Source: Eledone cirrhosa (taxonomy: Eukaryota). From it: DNA of 64,000 nucleotides. Shown piece after piece: positions 57,953-64,000 of the stretch. The notes under the pieces were generated by a model. It was not told where the DNA came from. It did not search any database and was given only the letters and a program-made list of their open reading frames with translations. How positions within the stretch are numbered: the first letter of the stretch is position 1; each line of letters begins with the position of its first letter. The DNA lies in the NCBI GenBank assembly GCA_964016885.1, contig OZ024741.1:273730001-273794000 (forward strand). Reading direction: 5' to 3'. Made by a program: the position numbers and the translations under genes.

Positions 57953-58624
57953 CGTTTCTGAATTTGTTTAGCAAGATTCTTTATCTGAAAATGTGTGTTG
58001 AAACCGATATTGTTATGCTTTGGGAGGGTCATGTTGCCAATAAGAAACACACGCACCAGTAGTTTCAATCAAATTTATTATAAATTAAATTTATAAATTT
58101 CCGGCTGGTTGGTTGGTTCCATAATCGGACGGTTGTTCATATATTGTCAAAGTTCTTTCGTCACACATTCTGTGACCTCTTCAGTGACTGGGATTCTTTT
58201 TGTTTTGTTTTGTGCCTCTCCTTTGTTCTGCCCTACGCCATCTTGTTTTTTTGTGTGTTGTGTACTTAGTTTGCGCATTTGTTACATCCGGGTGTCTGTG
58301 TGTGTTTTTATTTGTTTATTTATTTGTTTATTTACATGTTACTGTTTGGTTGTTTGTTCTATAGTGCGTGTGTGTTTTCATTTTGTCCTTAATTGTAAGT
58401 TGTTATGTTGCTATTCTATTCATGTTTTCTATTTAATTTTGGTTGGAGTTCATTTATGTTTATTGCCTCTGTGATTTGTCTAAACATTGCGTCTTTTCTG
58501 TGTGTAGATTCTATTTTAATTTCTATGTTCTCTAATTTGCCCTTATGTTCTATTTTAGCATGTTGGTGGAGTATTGATGATTCTTTTTTATCTTGAAGTT
58601 CTCGCCAGTATTCATTTAACCGTT
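57950..58624 (-). mobile_element. Inverted 3' copy (endonuclease C-terminus plus pLTR) of the PLE at 61-63.7 kb
   Basis: rc of about 63085-63720; HHR at 58146-58188; extra tail of about 60 nt at 57950-58010. Confidence 0.9.
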
Positions 58625-58741
58625 CATATATATATATATTTATATTTGCTCTACAGTGTTTATATGTTACATATATATTATCCTTATCGACTCCTCTTCG
58701 GATTTAATCTTCACATTTATTATTATTATTACTATATATAT

Positions 58742-59391
58742 ACTAGCCGAATTACCCGCGCCTTGCTGCGTTTCACACATTTGTTTTGTAACAAAATGAT
58801 GATTGATTTGAAATCAGTGATATAATTGATGGAGAAAAACTCTGCATTTCAATATTACTAAATGTAAAATGTAATGCATGAAAAATTGGAAAGCATTATT
58901 TTTTGTAATATATCAAATCAAAATTACATTATTAAATCTTATTCTTATTTTGTTTCTTGTAAATAATTTCTTTCAAAATATCAATTCAAAACTTTTGTGA
59001 ATAGGCATCATATCTTGTCATTTACCTATGGTTTAAATTTAATATAGATCGAAGGGAAAACATTTTCAGCGGAGGTTTGTGCCCCCGGATAACCCTAATA
59101 GGAGGTTTAACCCTCATTAAGGTGTCTTAATATTATTGAAATTTGTTAACATTTTGTGAATAGGCATCATATCTTAAACTTATGGATTAAATTTCATATA
59201 AATCAAAGGGAAAAGTTTTTCAGCGGGGGTTTTCAGTGGGGGTTTGTGCCCCCGGGGAACCCTTTGATTAAAATGAAATATACTTATCCAAGTACCCTGG
59301 GCAATGTAGTTTCAGAATATATATGGTTATGGGGGTCTATCTCCAAAACCATAGGAGGAGTTCGTGAACAAACAAACAGACAGGAACTACT

Positions 59392-59396
<5 letters not shown>
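58742..59396 (-). mobile_element. Probable non-autonomous Helitron
   Basis: rc ends GCGGGTAATTCGGCTAG|T (GC-rich subterminus plus CTAG); opposite end ACAAACAGACAG..CTTTATATA; internal duplication of about 100 bp. Confidence 0.55.
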
Positions 59397-59454
<58 letters not shown>

Positions 59455-59496
59455 CAAATAAATAAATCAAGGGATATTAATTATTAAAACACTTAA

Positions 59497-59574
59497 TTGA
59501 CTTACGTACGTTTCACTAGTCAGAGAAGGGATGAAAGGCAGTTCATACTTGAAAGGTTATATCATCAGACTCAA
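59497..59574 (-). ncRNA. Hammerhead motif, family J
   Basis: rc: TTGAGT CTGATGA [47 nt] GAAA CGTACG TA AGTCAA. Confidence 0.6.
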
Positions 59575-60137
59575 ATAAGATAAACAATATAATCGTAGCT
59601 TGAATATACCAGTATGAAATGATAAAACATGTTTTCACTTTGCAAGTTAAGTTGTAAATAAATCTAGTTTAAAAATACGTTAAACAGAGCGTTAAAATAT
59701 AGAGGCATAAACATGACTATAAATAATTTATTATATATGTTGAGTGACTTTAGATATTTCACTAACTAAATTATATCAGTACGAAGAAGATAACCTACAG
59801 TAAATATATAGCTAGATGTATAACTGAAGTGGGGGTGTTATACTATTAAGACTTAACATGGTACGTTTTCACTTACTATGTGAAGTTGTAAATATATCAC
59901 GTTTCCAAAATACTTAAAAAGAGCGTTAAAATATGGAAGCATAATGGGGTAAGATAAATGCTATAAATGATTTAATGTCCATGTTTAGTACATTACAATA
60001 TTTCACTGACTGCAATTTAACAGTACAAGGTACACTAAATGTAGAACTGGAAATAAAACTTTGGTAGCGGTATGGTAACATAATAAATAGACAATAAAAG
60101 ATGTAAAAAAATTTCATATATATATAATCTCTCTCTG

Positions 60138-60188
<51 letters not shown>

Positions 60189-60290
60189 AGAGAGAGAGAA
60201 ACAATTATATATATATATATATGAAATTTTTTTACATCTTTTATTCTCTATTTAATATGTTATGTATGTATATATATATATATACATATA

Positions 60291-60508
<218 letters not shown>

Positions 60509-60515
60509 CATATAT

Positions 60516-60548
<33 letters not shown>

Positions 60549-60554
60549 GATGTG

Positions 60555-60966
60555 AGAAAAACCACAGACCCTCCATCTCAACTCTACTTTTGAAAAGCAA
60601 AAGAACTGCGAAACCGGTAAAAGGAACCAAATAAATATATATATTTTTTTTTAAATAAGACTCCAGTTGCATTTTCGATTTCATCTTTTTTTCTTTATAC
60701 TTTCACTCGTGTAGGACACCTCGGTTATTTTTCATTTTGTAAAAAAAACCTCTCTTTCTAATATATATATATATATTAGAAAATGATGTTTTTTTCAAAA
60801 TGAAAAAAAAAGAGATGTCCTACACGAGTGAAAGTATAAAGAAAAAAGATGAAATCGAAAATGCAACTGGAGTCTATTTAAGAAAATTTATTTGGTTCCT
60901 TTACCGGTTTCGCAGTTCTTATGCTTTTCAAAAGTAGAATTGAGATGGAGGGTTTGTGGTTTTTCT
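60555..60966. mobile_element. Tail-to-tail inverted pair of about 200-bp pLTR-like repeats around (TA)n with U3-A8 variant HHRs
   Basis: CTT TTGAAAA GCA..TGC GAAA CCGG TA A(A)AG at 60587-60623(+) and about 60899-60934(-); relative at 29656-29691. Confidence 0.8.
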
Positions 60967-61079
60967 ATATATATATGTAAAAGCTAAACAGAAATAAATA
61001 ACAAAGCACACTACACAGTACAATGAAGAATTATATTAGTTTAACACATGGAATATATGGGTTGATAGAAAAACAAGAC

Positions 61080-63720
61080 AATTGCTATGATTCAATGATT
61101 CATATATAGGATAATGGAAAGTCTTATATTTTAATGCGATACATAATCTGGGAGAAAAATCTGCAAATGGCTTGCGTAAGCTCATGCAGCGCTCGCGTAA
61201 TGGAGAGATTGTATGCTTTCCAACAGACAGTCTGGCAGAATGTCGGTTGACAGTCTGTCAAACTACATCCAGGCAATGCAACCCCATATCACTAACACAA
61301 GAGAAGTAACACCACAGGAGCATGAGGATAGGGAGAAAACCCTCAATGCCCATATGATGATGTGGACAAACAAAATGCAGCCCAATGAACGGACTGCCAA
61401 CAACTTCCAGGCCTGGAACAATGACGTTCCAGCGTTGTTGGGCTTCGAAAAGACGATAAGACGAACAGTGACCCAGTCACAGGACCACCAACACGGCCAG
61501 TCTGTGGAGCTAACATTGCTAGTAACTACAGACTTTCCTACTTCCTCTCCCTGATCATACGCCCCATCATTGAAATGTCCCCGGATATATGTGACAGCAC
61601 GGAGGACCTCCTCAGCAGAATCAGCGAAAATAACCGCTCTAGGGACCTAACAGACTGTATAATAGGTAGTATCGATGTTGTGTCCCTATATCCATCCATT
61701 GACGTGGATTTTGCTGTGGAGAAATGCGTAGAAATGATCAGTGAGAGCAATGTTGAGTTCCGTGGGATTGATACCAGTGAGCTGGGACTCCTACTTAAAC
61801 TTACTTATAGTAATCATTATCTAGATACGTATGACTTTAGCAACCTCTGTCCCACAAGACCAGCAAGAGGCAGACCACCTACCATTACCTCAATGGCCAA
61901 GAAAACCCACACAGAAAGATGGAACGGGTGGACCAGAGTCATACGAACCCCCGAAAACCACGATGAACTAAAGAAAATGATTGCACATGCGGTGGGGGTC
62001 AGTATAAAACTAACCCTTAAGGAACATATGTTCAAATTTAATGGAAAAACATATGCCCAAGAGGAGGGAGCAGCCATTGGTGTTAGCATTGCAGGTGACA
62101 TAACTAACCTATTCATGGTATGGTGGGACAATAAACTTAAAGAACAATTAGAAGACAGCAACCACTTAACCCTGATAATGTTCTCTCGCTATGTTGATGA
62201 TATAAACATCGTAGTTAAAACACCTCCACTAGAGAACAGTCATGAATTAGAGAAAAACACCATGGGAAGCATCCAGCAAATAGCTAACGCCATCAACCAG
62301 AGTTTTAGAGTTACTATAGACTACCCAAGCAAACACCCCAACCATCGATTACCTGTACTAGACACAAAACTCTGGTTAGAAACCATTAATAACAAAAAAC
62401 AAATCCTCCATTCCCATTATGCCAAACCCATGACTTCCAAATATCTGATCCACCGAAACTCAGATGTTTCGGATCACACCAAAATCAACATACTGATTGC
62501 GGATTTAGTACGGGTGATGAGAAACGTGTCCCGCATGTGCAACCCCAAAGAACTAGAGAGACACATACAACACTTCATCCACCGTATGCAGTTCTCTGGT
62601 TACAATCAGAGAGATAAAATCAGAGTATATAGAGGAGCCAGAACCAAATGGGAAAAAATGGTAAATAATGATACAAATGGGACCGGCCCCTTGTATAGGA
62701 GCACATTTTGGAATAGAATAGAAAGAACTAGGAATAAGGTTAATAGAATACACTCATGGTATGATAGCAATAAATACCAGAGTGTAATGTTCATCAATAT
62801 AACCCCTAGAGGTGAATTAGCTTACAAATTTAGAAGGGCCCTAGATAAACTTAAACTTAATATTAAGATAGTAGAAAGACCAAGTACCTCCATAAAAACA
62901 CTTATTAGTAATACATACCCTTTTCAAAGACCTCCCTGTATAGATAAGAAATGCATAATCTGTAAACTAAGCCCCCATATTAACTGTAAAACTAGAAACA
63001 TAGTATATAGCATAAAATGTACTGAAGGACAATGTAAAGATAAGAATATAGTGTACATAGGTGAGACAGCTCGTAGTATAGGAGAACGGTTAAATGAACA
63101 CTGGCGAGAGCTTCAAGTTAGAAAAGAATAATCAATACTCCACCAACATGCTAAAATAGAACATAAGGGCAAATTAGAGAATATAGAAATAAAAATAAAA
63201 TCTACACACAGAAAAGACGCAATATTTAGACAAATCACAGAGGCATTAAACATAAATGAACTCCAACCAAAATTAAATAGAAAACTTGAATGGAATAGCA
63301 ACATCACAACTTACAATTAAGGACAAAATGAAAACACACATAGAACAAACAACCAACCAGTAACATGTAAATAAACAAATAAATAAACAAATAAAAACAC
63401 ACACAGACACCCGGATGTAACACATGCGCAAACTAAGCACACAACACACACAAAAACAAGATGGCGTAGCACAGAACAAAGGAGAGGCACAAAACAAAGA
63501 AAAGAATCCCCAGTCACTGAAGAGGCCACAGAATGTGTGACGAAAGAACTTTGACAATATATGAACAACCGTTCGGTTGTGGAACCAACCAGCCGATAAA
63601 TTTATAAATTTTTTGAAAAAATAAAAAATAAAATTTTTTCTAAAAATTTATAATAAATTTGATTGAAAGCTACTGGTGCGTGTGTTTCTTATTGGCAACA
63701 CGACCCTCCCAAAGTATAAT
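61080..63720 (+). mobile_element. 5'-truncated Penelope-like element (possibly Neptune-type)
   Basis: ORF 61575..63131: GSIDVVSLYPSI, GAAIG, RYVDD, LPVLD, Cys linker PC..KKCIIC, NIVYSIKC..YIGETAR..ERLNEH; frame continues past a premature TAA to 63320. Confidence 0.93.
63513..63555 (+). ncRNA. Minimal hammerhead, family A, in the PLE 3' pLTR
   Basis: GTCA CTGAAGA GGCCACAGAATGTGTGAC GAAA GAAC TT TGAC. Confidence 0.68.
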
Positions 63721-63755
<35 letters not shown>

Positions 63756-63835
63756 AAAATTGAACGGGAACAAAACAGAGAGGCAGTACGAACAAAGGTT
63801 TATTAGTTTCACGCTCTTAAGAGGGGGGAGGGGGT

Positions 63836-63868
63836 GCGACGTTTCGGGCATAAGCCCTTCTTCGGGCG
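63836..63868 (-). ncRNA. Hammerhead-like motif, core mutated (CCGAAGA)
   Basis: rc: CCGAAGA A GGGC TTAT GCCC GAAA CG TC. Confidence 0.5.
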
Positions 63869-64000
63869 AAAAGTGGGTGGGAAGAGAGTTCCGAGGGTGT
63901 GTAGGGGAGTGGAGGAGAGACATTTAGAAAAAAGGTGGGTCAGGAAAGGGAGGAAAAACGGTGGAAGAGGCACAAATAAAAATAAAAAAATATAAAAATA

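Overview
AT-rich, microsatellite-saturated animal DNA; the SINE families and repeat landscape suggest an octopod cephalopod (inference). No intact host protein-coding gene is supported, and almost all ORFs in the track are simple-repeat artefacts. Real content: three decayed Penelope-like elements (PLEs, RT plus GIY-YIG), three R4/Dong-clade retrotransposon fragments in (TAA)n or (ACAT)n tracts, about 25 tRNA-headed SINE copies or fragments, RTE-derived non-autonomous elements, a likely non-autonomous Helitron, MITE candidates, a histone H4 pseudogene, a 58-bp satellite and a 43-bp minisatellite. The main hidden signal is more than 20 minimal hammerhead-ribozyme (HHR) motifs from about 10 sequence families, most with a family-specific palindromic loop 3. 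Many lie in 100-400 bp fold-back elements embedded in (TA)n with an HHR on both strands. Several unrelated families share an ACTC-N(11-17)-GAGTRCT tail motif located just beyond where the short arm ends. All coordinates were read by eye.
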